A DNA stretch of 64,000 nucleotides. It comes from Blasia pusilla. Taxonomy: Eukaryota. A model generated the notes under the pieces. The model did no database searches and was not told the origin of the DNA. It worked only from the letters and a program-made list of their open reading frames with translations. The position numbers and the translations under genes are program-made. Positions within the stretch are counted from its first letter, which is position 1; each line of letters starts with the position of its first letter. The stretch is from assembly GCA_050084515.1 (NCBI GenBank), contig CM114271.1, forward strand, positions 38,998,001 through 39,062,000. Direction: 5' to 3'. Positions 22,731-37,600 of this stretch are shown one piece after another.

Positions 22731-25700
22731 AAGCTCATATCGATATCTCTAACGCCTAAATCCTTTCTAAACATCTCAAACTTATCTCTAGACAATGCCT
22801 TTGTAAAGATGTCAGCAATTTACTAATATGTACTTATATACACAAGATCAATTTCTCCTGCAAGCACTTTCTCTCTGATAAAATGATAGTGCACCTCAAC
22901 ATGCTTTGTACGAGCATGAAACACAAGGTTATTAGCAAGCTTGATGCTACTAATATTGTCTGCATATATTATACTAGGTCCTAAGTTACTAACACCAATC
23001 TCAACAAGTAATCGATGAAGCCACACCGCCTCACATGCTGCATTGGTTGCTCCTCCGTACTCAGCCTCTGTTGAAGATAAAACAAATGTAGGTTGCTTCT
23101 TTGCTTTATCTTATAGCTGCGCTTCCCAAAGTAAATGAATAACCAGATGTGGAGTGTCGATCAGACACGCTTCCTATCCAATCAGCATCTATGAATCCCT
23201 ATAATTGAAAACTCGGAGAAGGTTCAAATTGAAGCCCGAATTGAATAGAGAATTTCACATATCGCATAATCCTCCTCACAGCATCAAGGTGAGGTTTTCG
23301 AGGTGCTTGCATAAACTGGCTCACTAGACCAACAACAAAACTCAAATCTGGTCTGGTTATAGTTAGATAGATCAAACTTCCAACCATGCGCGTGTACATA
23401 TTAGAATCTGCAAGTTGCTCTCCTTCATCCACTCTTAGCTTCACGCTCTGGTCCAACGGTGTAGAGATTGGCTTATAGGTCGTCATACCATATTTTGAAA
23501 GCATATGAAGAGCATATTGTCGTTGTAGTAACCATATGCTCTCTCCAACCTTGATAAACTCAATACCAAGAAAGTACTTGAGTTCTCTCAAGTCCTTCAT
23601 ATCAAATTCTGCTTGTAACTTAAGCTTGACTTGTTGTACCATTTCTTCAATACTCCCAATAATCAAGAAATCGTCGACATACAACACAATGAGAACTGTA
23701 TGATCTTATCCTCTCAAGACATATAACGAGGAGTCAGAATCACATACCCTAAAACCCAACTCTTGTAGGACGTATGTAATCTTGCCATACCAAGCTCTTG
23801 GAGCTTGTTCGAGCCCGTATAGAGCTTTCTTCAACCTGCATACGCGAAATGGAAACTTGGGATGCTCGTATCTAGGTGGTTGAGTCATATATACCTCCTC
23901 ACATAGACCTCCATTCAAGAAGGCATTTTTGATGTCCATGTGATGTAATCTCCACTTCTTACTTACTACAATTGCAACCACTGTTCTCGTAGTCGCCATC
24001 TTTGCAACAGGGCTAAATGTTTCCTCATAATCGATACCATATTGTTGTGCATAGCCCTTAGCCACCAATCTCGCTTTGTATCTGTTAGGTGTACCATCTT
24101 GATTGCGCTTGATTTTATAAATCCATTTGCAACCAATAGCTTGCTTACCGGAAGGTATATCAACCAGCTCCCATGTTTGTTGATGTCTTAATGCAACAAG
24201 CTCTTCCTCCATAACTTCAATCCATTCGACTTTACTCGCAGCTTCTTCAAAACAACTCGGCTCCTGCTCTTGAAGGGTAGTCATCATATATGCATGATGT
24301 GTCGCAAGGAAACCTTCATTTATGAATCTATGAACTGGATGTGTAACTCTACTTGATCTACAAAGTTGTTGTTCAGAGGTAAATGCCTCTAACACCTGAC
24401 TCAAGCTCTGACTAGTGTTAATAGACTGAATATGTACTCTTCCCGTCCATGGACTCATAGATTTAATGGATGAATCTAGGACCTCTCCTAATCCTGCACT
24501 AGTACTTGGGGAAGTTGAAGACAATGTCTGTTGGTTTATAGTCATATTCTCCCCCTCAATAGACAAGTTTAGAGGTGGAATAGGCTCAGATGGAGCATAC
24601 CATGACTTTAGCTCATCAAAGACAACATCCCAACTAATAATAAGTTGCCTAGAGGATGGAATGTAGCACTTATATCCCTTAGTTCCATCAACATAGCCAA
24701 TGAAGATACATCTTTCAAACTTGGGGTCTAATTTCTGACGTCTCTCAGAAGGAACATGAGCATAACAGATACATCCAAATACTTTCAAGAAGAAAAATTC
24801 AGGTTTACTTCTTGTGAAGACTTCTAATGTAATTGTATCATGAACTCCTACTGTTGGAGTTCGGTTGATTAAGAAGACTGCACATGCTACAGCCTTTACC
24901 CAATACACCTTAGGCATGTTCTTCTCATTCAGCATAGCTCGTATCGCTTCAACAATATGCCATTTTTTCCTCTCAGCCACTCCATTTTGTTGTGGAATAT
25001 AGCGGAAAGTCACTTGACGTTGGATGCCATTCTGACGTAAATAGTCATCAAACTCTGTTGAAAGATACTCTCCTCCTCCATCACAACACAATTTCAGAAT
25101 GTGTTGTCGAGTCTACTTCTCTACTAGAACTCTGAATATTTGGAACACTGAGAATACCTCTGACTTGGCTTTCAAAAAGTATACCCATATATATCTAGAA
25201 AAGTCCTCAATAAATGAAACAAAGTACTGGAAACCACTAAGGTTCTGTTGTGATGTTGTCCACACATCATTGTGGATCAACTTCAATATCTTGGATGCTC
25301 TTCTACCTTGCTTTGGAAAAGGAAATCTAGCTTATTTTCCAAATTGGCAAGCAAGGCATACCTCTAACGTAGAAGGACTCGTTAATTTAGGGAGTCATAT
25401 TACTATATTAGATGATGAAAGACTCTGTAATCTTTGAAGATTCATATGTTCAATTATTTTATGCCACACATTTAGATCTGTGACTTGTTGGCTCGTTTGA
25501 CCATACATTGCTGTTTGAAACTCTGGCATAGAAACATCTAATTTGAACATTCTTCCAGATCTAGTTCCTTTGGCTATCGTAGTCTGGTCATCCATTGTTT
25601 CAATAAAACAACCATCTTCGTTAAACTTCACTTGATAACCCTGTTCTACTATATGTCCTACACAGATCAGATTTCTTGCAATGGTAGGAACATAGAGAAT

Positions 25701-26891
25701 ATTTCCAAGAGCACAAAGACCATTTGATGCTATTGGAACTTTACCGGTATGCGTGATATGATGTCGAGTGTCATCTCCTGTGAGCACAATTGCAGGATCT
25801 TTCACCGGCTCCAAACTACTAAACCATTTCGCTTGTGAGGTCATGTGATTTGATGCATCGAAGTCAATGTACCAATCTGCTGTCGAGTCTTTCTTGACCA
25901 TTGCTCCCATATGATGAGTCATGACCAAGAGATGCTCCGTTTGTGAATGTTGCTGTTTTTGGTACTGCTCTTGGTGTTGTTGCTCCACATAGTTTTGTTG
26001 CTGTAAGGCTCCTGTTCTCATATCTGCCTTCTTTTTGAAGCAAAACTTTGCATAGTGACCCTTTATCCCACAGTAATTGCAAGATCCAGGGACCCTCTGC
26101 TGCTGACCTTGATCCCAACGGTTTCCACCATCACCACCATGTGATTGTGTGTGGTACTGGTTCATAGTTGATTGAGTGACGTTATATTGAGTGCCTCTTT
26201 CTCCATATGCTTGATATCCACCACGACCACGGAAGTTTCTGCCACGACCCTTGCCTCTTTTTGATCCATAACCTGAAAATAGCGCACTCTCTTGTAGACT
26301 TGACGAGCTACCGCTACCTACTAGGCGCATCTCTTCACTGATCAACAGAGGAACTAACTCTTGAAAGGTTGGATACTTCTCTCTTACAGAGATAGAGGTC
26401 TCAAAGGACTTGTAATCATTTGGAAGGCCTTAAAGAGTGAATAAGATCAGATCATCATCTTCTATTATCACTCCAATGCTATTCAACTGATCAACAATAT
26501 ATCTGATACTCAAAATATAATCATTGATGCTTTAGGATCATTTCCTCACTTCGTTCAATTTGTGTTTCAATTGAAGCTTTCTGGTCTTTATAGATGTCTG
26601 GAACAGCTTTTCCAATGTATCCCACGCCTCCTTCAGACTATCAACATCTTGGATGTGACCTATCATTGGCGAACTGATCGTTATTGAAATGTAGTGGACT
26701 ACTTGCCTTGCGCGTTTATTCCAAGCGCGAACATTCAAGTCTGTTGAGTCACCTTCTGGATTGGCCTCATCACCGGTGAAAAGCTCACATAGATCTTGAC
26801 CCATGAGAAATTTTTTCATGCGAAACTTCCAGACATTGTAATTCTGCTTGTCTAGCTTCTCGGCTGTGATTGCTGCTGAGGAATATTCCAT
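22731..26891 (-). pseudogene. Copia gag-pol polyprotein, disrupted by stops and frameshifts
   Basis: EKLDKQNYNVWKFRMK (gag), CNYCGIKGHYAKFC (zinc knuckle), WYIDFDASNHMT (protease, DSGA mutated), DGGGEY...QQNGVAERK (integrase), YKARLVAKGY, DIKNAFLNG, LYVDD (RT), ARTKHVEVHYHFIRE (RNase H). Confidence 0.95.
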
Positions 26892-27409
26892 GATAAACGA
26901 TTTCACTCACAAAAAAATGTAATTTCAGGATTTCTACTGCTCCAATTGAAGCATAGACCACTCCTACACAGAAATCGACCTGAAATTTTCCAAAATTGAT
27001 CAACTGTATGAAAGAACTAGTCGAAATTGGCCTATAGAGAGCAAACTACACAACTTTTCTTCACTAATTGCACTTTCCTACATTGAAATTGATGTTGCAG
27101 GAGCTCAGAGTGTTAGAATTGAGCATTTTTGGATGCGTTGGAAAGCTCTTGATGAGATTTACAAGACGGTTAGAACTAGCTTTAGGAATTTTTCTCGTCT
27201 TAGCGGACCCTGACGGCTGAATCGACCGGGAAAGCCCTAAAAAATGCCTCCAACGTTTTATCACCATCAAAGCTCCACTTGAAATCTGCACCCACTGAGC
27301 TCTGAATAAAATTTCCTTCTCCCAAACTGAAATTTTGCCTTCTCTTGCCTCTCTTCTCTCTTCAAACACCAAGAATTTAAAGTGATATTCTCCTCCCGCT
27401 CTAATATCA

Positions 27410-27703
27410 TGTGGAAAACTGCTAAACAAGCATAACTCGTTGAAAACGGTTCTCACACACACACACCACCATGGAGAACAAAATTTGCAATGAGAGAATG
27501 AGTGGAAGTTGGTCCTCTTCTCAATTATATAGGGTATGTACAAGCAACCCTAACCCTATCCTTAACCATAGTCTCGAGTTAGCCTAACTATGATTAACTA
27601 ACCCTAGTTAAGATAATCGTGCTTAACTGACTAACCAAGATTAAGCTTCCCTACTTATGAGTTCAAGTGTCTCATAAGCTTGACTGTAACTCAATCTTCA
27701 ATA
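27410..27703 (-). repeat. Copia 5' LTR (294 bp)
   Basis: Direct repeat of 22420-22721, with ~20 substitutions (mostly transitions) and an 8-bp indel by manual alignment. Confidence 0.93.
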
Positions 27704-27983
27704 AAAATAAAATTTCAACTTCGACAAAATAATACATGTGGCAACATTGGAGAAGTAAGGAATTTTCCATTGGAGAATAAGCATATTTCATGTGGTCTAA
27801 GATCGCTTAAATATTGTTAGAAATCGATGATTCTAAACTAATCCGATCCAATTCTTGAATCACACCACCAAATGCAAAATGCATTGAGCTATTAGTATGC
27901 AATAAAGTCAGATTCACCAACACTTGACAACTTGGAATTACATGGAGTTTACCAGACGAAGTGCCTAACCACTATACAAGAAA

Positions 27984-28011
27984 CTAGAGTGTAGCTCGTG
28001 TTGTGCACAAG
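27984..28011 (-). mobile_element. Second, more degenerate Helitron-like 3' terminus
   Basis: Minus strand CTTGTG-CACAA-CACGAG-CTACACT-CTAG|T: an imperfect hairpin followed by CTAG|T. Confidence 0.35.
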
Positions 28012-28699
28012 ACCAATCATGATTAAGAATTACAAAAATATTTCTTGTTGCCTATATTACGAGGAAGGAGGGTGTTCTATTTGGGGATAATAGTAGGGGT
28101 AAAAATTTGGAGTTTTCTTCTTATCTTTTCTATTGGCCACTTCAAATTCTTCCAAAAAAATCTCGCCTACATCATTAAATTCCTAAATTTATTCTTAAAA
28201 TTTTTAGTTATTTTGTCATTGCTAATACTCGTCATTTTTCAATAAAAAAAATTAGCCTTTTCACATAAGATATCATTCTCTCATTTTTCCAAATCCTAAA
28301 AAATTATTAAAATATTTTTTTGAAAAATCCAAGATTATTAGTTAAACTCACTTAGGCTTGTCTAACTCTCTTCAATTCTGATAGTTCCCTTATATTTCAT
28401 TTCTTTTCTATTAATTTTTTATTTCTTTATTTGATCTCATTGAGTCTTGGATCTTGCTCATGGTTGCACAAAAATGGACAAGTCCGTCCCTAGGTTGGTC
28501 GTAGACGGACAAGTTTGGACATATCAATGTACATTGATTTCAAAAGGTGGGGCCCATACTTATAGTTCATGGTGGAAGGTAGGGCAAGAGCAGGAGGACT
28601 TATTTATATTGTAATGCTACCAAGATATATTTTTATAATAAGTAGTGATTATGAATTAAAAGCGAAGAACTATGAGAAGGCGAGTTGATGATTCTCAAG

Positions 28700-29400
28700 G
28701 GAATTGTGACCACATGTTTTCAAGGAAATTATCAAAAGTTACAACCCAAAAACTTCCATTGTGAAGGGAATAAAGCCAACGGTTGCATATCTCACCACTT
28801 AATTTAACTTCTTGATTCTTGGTCTTCATTAGCTGCAAAACCTTTAGTACGCGCAGCTTGATACATGCATCAAGTAACAACATGTAGGATCAACAACCAC
28901 AACATCACTCAATATGCAAAAGCCACCTTGAGATAGAAGTTACATAATGAGGTCATGTTGTTAACAAGATGTTTCTTCTTTAGTATGATGAAGTACGAAC
29001 CACTGATGATATTGCCTCTTTAATCACATCAATCTCGACCATAGTCAAAGATTGTTTTATAGATAATGCTAGAAAAGTTGATAAAAGCAAATTGTCTAAG
29101 ATAAGCTCTGTAATCAATTGATTGGAAGGGGAAAGAATTTCTTGCGTAGCAAGTGGAAGAAAAGCTTGGGCACATCTGAAATGTTATTAGAATAATATAT
29201 ATTCCTCCTCAATATAAGCAGGATGATCCATCAAAAGTTTCATCAATTTTGGCAATTTGATGATGTCACTAGTTCATGGCTTCCAGAATAGGGCGTGAGT
29301 TGATTGGTATTTCAAAACCCTGAACTAGCAATGCCACCAAGTATGTTGGAGTGATATGGATGATAGGAAGGTAATCAACGATGGGATTATAGACCTTTTG
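28700..29400 (-). mobile_element. Second degraded copy of the CRE-like/REL non-LTR fragment
   Basis: Shares blocks with 16570-17150: CAAC.ACAACATCACTCAATA at ~28893 vs ~16580, and GTAATCAATTGA..G.AAGGGG...GAATT.CTTG.GTAG.AAGTGGAAGA at ~29110 vs ~17077. Confidence 0.55.
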
Positions 29401-31842
29401 CTTTAAATGTTATAGAATAGAGGTGTGTATCATTGTAGGTAAGAATAGATGCCTATTTAATGTCAAAGGGACGTAAGCACCACCCAAGGAAGAGATAGAA
29501 AATCTTGTTGGGACCTAATCCTATTTGTTTCTAGTTTCCATGTTAGAGTATGGTTTCCACCGTAATTAGTTGTATGGATGATGTCATTGATGTATGGGCA
29601 ACATAGCAAATCATTTATGTCAATCAGCATTGATTTTTATTTTGTTTCAAATCCTATGAAGTTTTGGTTTTTTTAAAGATCTTTTATAACCATCTTTTCC
29701 CTTCTTGAAGAAAATGGATCCTTAGGGCCCACTAGGTCCCAATATCTCATATCTCAAGAAGACATTTTCTGTTAGTTATGTACAAGATCCTCCCAAACTT
29801 TTATCAACCACCAATGTCTCTCCTCTCAAAAAGACATCCAAACAATCAACAAGATCCCACCAAACCATTGGTTTCAACAAATTCCATGCAAATTTCCTAA
29901 AGAACCTTTGGATCTACTGAAGGATAATCATCCTTGGTTTTACCTATGCATTTACCATTATATTCACTTGTCTTGGGATATTTTAAATTCTGCGTTGTAC
30001 TTTCCTCACAATACGCAAGAACAGCAATGTCCAAGACCTTTCTACACATCTATATACTAATGGAGGATTGAAAATTTTGATACTCAACTTTTCGTGAAAG
30101 AGAAAGAAAAATACTTTGGGACTCATTAAAAGAGACCATGCATAACGCAGGCACCTCACTATGTCTCATGTTTCACCATAACTAGTTAGAACAATATCTT
30201 ATGAAGCTTTAAGATCCTAAACTCATTCAATCCTTGCACCTCTTCTCTCACATAAGTCATCGATATCCTACAAAGCACCTTCCTGTCAGAACATGCATTT
30301 AGTTCATATGTTTTGTTCATACAATTTCAAAGATCAAGCACTTGGCCTCCTCCAATTCATCTCTAGCAAACGACTAGCCAGATCAACTTATCCAACATGT
30401 GGAGTCAATAAATGCTAGTGTTGTTCTGGCCAGTTCAAGAAATCATCTGAAAGGATTCCATCTATCCACTCCTACAATGGATCCCATTTTGGATATGTGG
30501 AACTCCATGACAGCGATCCTCATCAGGTACAAAAGCTCCTTACCCTCTCAGTAAGCTTTCCCCAGGGGAACATGTTTGACCACATGAGTTAGAAAACTGC
30601 GCTGGCTTCATTAGAGTCCTTGAGGCAGATTGGGGTAGGTCTAAATTGGATGGAGGGTCTTAGAGACACCCTCCCAAGCATTTGTTGCATAGGAGGAAAA
30701 CATAGAATCAGTTAAGCCTGTGCAGAAAAAAAACAGAACAATTTTAAAGAAGGGATAGTTCTCCCTTATCACCACGTTATTCAAGTCAAGATAGGTACTC
30801 TTCAGTCACTCATCTATCTTGGCCAAACTAACTTCTACGCCTGGTCTCTACCACTTTTATTTAAAGAAGTTATGGATTATCATCGTGGCCCTGAGCGGAT
30901 TCGTTAGACTAAAACGAATAATGCCTGAAGGCTAACTATTTTAATATAGTGCCTGTCATGGATTTCGGACCATAAACTCCTGACAACTTATAACCTAGAG
31001 GCTTGGACTAGTGCATTTAGAATGAATAGACAAATGGATACAGGTAGAATCTGGCATATTCCTTTGGATCTGCTAGACAGCTTTAGTTGAGACCACATAT
31101 TGTCGTTGCACTGAAAAACTCTTTACTGTATTGTACAAGCTTTAATTTCTAAATCAACCCTAACAGAATGTAACCTTCACTTGAAACAAAGATCATGACT
31201 TCTACCTGATCGCAAGTGATCTATGGACTGAGTTCAAGTCGCTGTTTACCTACCACCTATATCAATAATCAGATGTAGTTGGACAAACTGCAAGGTATTA
31301 GGCAATGCGCCCATTCTCTTCCATGATAATTTACAGTGCGGAAGGCCATCAGACAAAGAGACCTTAAAACGAAAATAGACCAAAAAAAGTGCCTCGTCGC
31401 TTTTAACTCTATGGATCCTAAAAGAATATGCACAAGAATTGCGAAACTACACATCTTTGCCGAATTTGATCCAGTCCAGATGAATATTGAATTCTTCAAA
31501 ACCACAATATTCCCCGAACCCCACATATACACCAAGTACACTGCCTCCTTTTCAACAGCTCCTTCACTGTAGCATTAAATTCAATCGAAATGTTAAGAGC
31601 CGTGTCAAGACTAAACCACAAGCAAAGCAATGCACTCCAAGACTTTGAAAAACTACATGGATATTCACCTGTGTCCGGAGTCCAACTGAGTGCAACATTC
31701 AACTTATCAGTAACCAACTTTCTATTGCTTTTAAGTTCTGCTCTAGTTTCCAATACTCTAAATGATTTAGGGTAGATTCTGAAAGAATAACCACTACAAC
31801 AATTTCTGCAACTATCGGAAGATGTGCAAATTCCGTTAGGCT

Positions 31843-34631
31843 TCATGATGCACTTACAAATGTCTCCCACATGCCGATTGTAGTGCTGAAGGTTCCACCA
31901 CCATGACAAGTTGCTGCTTCTGCAAGGGCATTGCGTGCACATTTGTCCCAGACTGCAGCCATAGCTTTAAGAGAAACAGGTGGAGCTAGCGAACGCACTT
32001 CTCTTGTGAACTCATCTCTTGCAGCAGAAGCAACAGGATAACTGTATCACCAGTAGATTCTCTTTAGTTAGCCACCACTATTCCATTGTGACTATCATAA
32101 ACTTCCAATCTCGTTTCTCTGCAACTGAAATGCCAGGCTGAAATAATTCAGGTGGAGTCAATAAGTGCTAACAGCCATTGCCAGATGGTCGAACAGAACA
32201 AAAAAAATTACAGCTCTTTTAAATTTCCGAATCACTGATAGATATCGCCTAACTCAATTTCGGAAGTGATCCAAATCCAATTTTCATTTGAAGAACTACT
32301 GAGACCAAGCAGTGAAAACTATGACTTAGAGTCAGAACTAGAAATGTACTAGTAAATCATGAAAGTAATTTTCTTCCATATCCTCTTCTTGCCATTACTT
32401 TAAACCAACTACCTCTACAGGTAGTGAGTGGACAGCCCTCTGAAGTTAGCTGTAGCTCATCACAGCATGAAACTTAGAAGTGCTATGGGCAACTCACCCC
32501 TCGAGAGTTGCAGGATCCATTTATAAGGTCCGCACTGACAAAACAAAATTTGAACAGGTCTTACCACCCATAGTATTCATTAGTAAAATTAGGAATTTTC
32601 CTTATGTAAATGCTCTCCTAGCTTTAGCAATAGCGTCCTTGTACCCAAAGTATACCTTAATTACCCGAAGTAAGAAAAAAGGAAACTTGAGAGGAGGAAA
32701 GTACCTGGAGTTTGGAGCCATATGTTCTGACCAGAATATAGGAGACGACTCAGGGTAGCTTGGAGGTATTAGCAACCAAACAAGAGGGAGTGAGACCTGC
32801 AATCAATTACAATACTCTTCACTTACTTTAGAGAGCATTTCCATGATCATTTTTACAAATCAAATCCAACAAGCCTAAAGACACATGATAATGGCATTAT
32901 TTGTGACTGCAACTTCTTAAAGGTAGATTGCCAAGAAGCAGCACCATCTTGTTTCGAGAGTTGAAGCTTGGGCTCACAGCGACACCCTTGTACGAGCACG
33001 TAACCACTACACCTTCCTTCCCTTGGGCAGCTGCTTCCTCTGTACCTTCTTCACTAATTTCCACCTCAGTATCTATGAGGAAGTCATTCACCATTTTTAT
33101 CTCATCTTTCACAGCCTCTGGTACCTGTGACAAAAACTCTCATAAATCTTAAAATGCACATCAACAAAGAAGAGTATACATCTCACTTCGGTGACATCAG
33201 CCACAAAATGAAAATGGATTAGAGATGAACCAATCTTACAATTCAAGAGAGACAGCAGACAACACATCCAAATAAACAATATCCAAGACCATCTCAACAG
33301 TGTTGATTACCTTCATTCTCGGACTCCTGAGATTTGAGGTTATCATTGACCCTGTCTCCAGAGTGTCAAATCCCTCTGCTTTATGAAGACTGTTGACAAC
33401 AGATCCATCTGCTGATACAAGACTAAGGGCCACTGAGTCCATTCTACGAACTTTTTTCCTTGCAGTGTTGGAACTCTCTTGAGATAGCCGACTCCTGGTG
33501 TGCAGTCTTGCTTTGGTGATAGCAGCCAAGTCCTCACCAACTGCTGCTCTGGAACCATTTCCAGGTGCAGACGCTCCTAGTTTATCATGACAACTGATAA
33601 CAGCATTCATCTCTCCTACTGCTGAACTCAAAACCTTAGCTGACATAGAGTCAATCTGCATTCACATACAAGAGGAGGTCAGTATCTATCGAAATTGCCA
33701 GAAACTGCAGTTTCTTCAAAAGCCACCACCGTATAACTTTGTTTTGGAAATGCTAAGCTCTTGGGTTACTTCTACTACACAAATAACTGTTGCAGCTACC
33801 CCATTCCACAAGCCTGAAATGCTTGCTGCTTTCCAGACTACATAGAGTCCACATAAATAAATATTTTCCTCTTGCACCCAACTGACAATTGGTCCACTGG
33901 ATTCTTCTACACATTCACACAGTACAGTGCATAATTGAAGTAAAGATGACACTTTCCACCCTCCACTACACCAAACAAAGTAGAACACAAACAAAGGCAG
34001 TGACGTACACCAAAATCTCTTGGAAACTAGAAACTGTTTCAAAACCCTCACATATCATAGACTAATTTATTTTCTTTAACTTAAATGTACTAAGGATTTC
34101 ATCTCACAAGAACTTGCCTTTGTCATCAGTCGCTCAAGAGGGTCCACATTTGTCTTATCCACAAAAGGAGTTCCGGGAGAAAATGCATGGGCACCCTCAT
34201 GAGGAACTGTCATAGAAGCAGGGCTTGGTGAGAAATCCACCATCAAAGGAGAGACAGAGGGTCCTGGTGTTCCAATAACCCCCGAAACTACATTACTGGG
34301 GGTTGCCACAGCTGGTTGAAGAGTTTGAGCACTTCCAGGAGTGCCAGTCACCGGTGTCGGAACTTTCAAATCAACCTCCTCAAGAGCAGGTGGCGAGGTA
34401 ACTTGTAGCAGAGATGGAGAAGGAGTCCTAAGAGGTGGTGGGGAAGCCTGCAAAGGAGTAGCTGCTTTAGCAGCTTGCAGGGGAGGGGCAAAATTTTGGT
34501 GTGAATCAGGTTGAGGAGATAGCTGCTGTTGAATAGAAATTTGAGGAGATGGAGCTTGTAAAATTTGTGGGGATGACACCAACTGTGGCATTTGGGGTGA
34601 GCCCACTTTCAACTGTTGGTGCTGCTGCTGC

Positions 34632-34678
<47 letters not shown>

Positions 34679-37600
34679 TTGCTGCTGTTGCTGCTGCTGC
34701 TGCTGTTGCTGTTGTTGTTGTTGTTGCTGTTGCTGCTGCTGCTGCTGTTGAGCCTGCAGTTGCTGTTGATGATATAGCTGCCGATGCTTCATTTGCTGTT
34801 GATGCAGCAACACCTGTTTGACAGCGACTTGTCTGGCCTTCAGTGCATCTCCCTTGAAGTCTGAGGTAGCAAAATCTGGCAACTGATTATTGTGATGAAC
34901 ATGCATTTGCGCTGCAACTTTCTGCTGTTGTTGCTGCAGCTGATGTTGCTGTTGCTGCTGCTGCTGCTGAAGTATTTGTTGCTGCTGAAGCTGGCGATTC
35001 TGGAGTTGTTGCTTGGCCTGCTCTTGATCTTTCAGTAATCGCTGTTGCTGCTGCACATGCAGCAGCTGTTGCTGTTGCATAGAACCAACACTTGGCTGCA
35101 AAGGATTAGAACCTGATTGTAGTAGAGAATTGACTCCATTTGGTTGCAGAACAGTGGCTGCACTTTTTTGCTGCAACGTGTTTACTCCACTTGGCTGCTG
35201 TAAGTTACTGACCACACCTGACTGAAGGGCGCTAGCTGCGTTTGGCTGCAAGGGATTGATCTGCAGAGTATTGGCCACACTTTGTAGAGGATTTACACTG
35301 TTCTGTGGGATTGCACTCACCCCATTCACAGGATGAGAATTGACAACACCTGATGCAGACATACTATTGTTCTGCATTGTTGCTGCAGTTGCCTGAGCTG
35401 GGTTAACTCCATTCTGCTGTAAAGAGGGCATTACAGTCTGCTGTAAAGTAGGTGCTAGAGAAGGTGCCAAAGACGGTAAGTTACTTGTTTGGATTGTGTT
35501 GGTTGAAGACTGCCCATTTACTGGCACTTGCATTTGCTGAACATGCTTGTTTTCCTGCTGTTGGAGTTGAGAGAGAAGCTGCTGTTGCGGTGGTGGTTGA
35601 GAGGCCTGATTTCCTGGCAGTTGCTGTTGTTGAGCTGGTTGAAGAGCTGGTTGCCTTCTTCGCTTGAAAGTCTCCATTATACTAACAATCTGCTTTTCGA
35701 AAGCTTCCACTTTATCTTGATTGAACTCCCGTGGTACCCTTTCCTTTTGCACTGTTAGGTACGGGATCATGCGATACAGGACATCCTTGTAGTGCTTCAG
35801 TTTTTGAAGTTGTTCAGGCGGCATTGGCTGATACAGAAAGAAAAACTGCTCAGCTATGATTTGTCCCATAAGACCTTCAATCAAATTTTGGATGGTGGTA
35901 GAATGAGAGCGTAAGAATGAACGGATTTGGTGTCCACGGGGACCAAAGAGGAAATAGATGAAAATTAACAATACGAATGAAGTGATATCCTCACATCACT
36001 CAAACCCAAAACACAAATAGAACAAAAAGTGGATTAATATGGACAGATTGAAATGATAAGAATTGACTCACCATTGAACTTCTTGTTGTTAGCATACTAA
36101 ACAATTCCTTCATATCTTGTAAATACTTATCTTTCAACACTTGCAACTGCACAAGAAGAGCACCAAGTTATCAAATGATTACGGGTGCAACACCCTCACC
36201 ATCAAAGAGAGAGACTCTACTCATTGTAGTGCCTGTCATAGCTTTGCGACCATAGACCCCACGCCCTGCTTGGACAGTGCTAGAGACAGATGGGTGTAGA
36301 GATAGACAGAAGTGAAGAAGGTACCCATATGAGAGTAGGGAGACACTCTCAGATAGTGTGAGTGCCGACCACATACAGTGTTGGTGCAGAGCTTCGGAAG
36401 GAAGAGAAATGCTTTATTAAAGAGAAGACTGCACTCATTAAGTACTGCCTGTCATAGCCTTGCGACAAGAGGGAGAGACTTCAAACCGAAACAACAGTAG
36501 CAAAGTCATAAGTAGGAAGGAATTACACAAAGATCACTGGACCTCACTACTTATAACAGAAGGTTGGGAAAACTCCATGACAAGTTCAATTGAAAATCAC
36601 CTTAGGCCAAACGATATCTCTGTGATCCAACACAGGAACTCCAGAGTGACCAGATGAATCAACAGAAGCTGTGAACACCATTTCATTGATAAAAAATAAA
36701 TTAATCCCAAGCTGCGATAAACTCACAAATCAATTTATTTCATGTTATAAAATGTGACACAGCATAAGCTTCAATGGTTCTGTAGCTTTGCATGTACATG
36801 GAATTTATTTTTTAATTTGAAGCATTTGTGAACTTGTCGGAAGGAAAACATCCAGTATGCATGACCTGCCACATTTACAGAAACTTCCACCCAAACCCTT
36901 CATTTTTACCTATACACTCCATGAGCCACAAACGAATATTCCCATGAGTCTATATTACTATTTGCAAAGACATCAATCATGGGCAGCAAACAGTAATACC
37001 AGTAGAAGACTCAGGAAACACACGTTGTTTCTGATGCTGCTGAAGGTCGTATAGGTTTGGCTGTTGTTGGCTTAGTGCTCCTGTAACCAGTAACCTTACA
37101 TCAATGATGATTCTTTCGAAGTTTGCTTATTCAACACTTCTTCCACAACAATGAGCAAGCTTTACAAATGTAACCACGAAGACTAGCTTTATGAAATTCC
37201 TCTTCCTAACGAGTTCAAAATTCTCTAGGAATTCCCAAAGCGTCTTCCCCAAATCCACACTCAGATCAGTCCACACAGTTACTGATAACAAACTAATAAA
37301 CATTTTTAATTCAGTCAATTTTCTCCTTGGGAAAGGACCACAATCTTAGATAGGTGAACATCTAGCATCTCTCCATCTTGCTCAATAAACTAAAGATCAG
37401 ATCTGACGTGCACCAATTAGCTCAATACCTGTTATCATGATATTAAGAAAAACTAGACGGATACAATCCTAAAAATACTGACACATCCAAAAAGCAACAC
37501 GGAGACACAATAGTTACTCTAAATGCTTTAGATGAACAGTGACTGTACTGTGCTTGAATGATCTGTTTGCTAGGTTTCCATTTGGAAATCCTACCTGATT

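Larger units (their letters stand above)
22420..27703 (-). mobile_element. Full-length but inactivated Ty1/Copia LTR retrotransposon
   Basis: LTRs at 22420-22721 and 27410-27703. A degenerate tRNA-iMet PBS (minus TGATATTAGAGC) lies just inside the 5' LTR and a PPT GAGGGGGAG at 22722-22730. Domain order is gag-PR-INT-RT-RH. Flanks AATAT/AAAAT form a 4/5 TSD. Confidence 0.95.

Noticed and set aside
22180-27960. Possible Helitron Rep/helicase remnant on either side of the Copia (e.g. LLRLIHLN*RCKYSW on the minus strand)
   Set aside because: The similarity is too weak to support by eye and needs a profile search.
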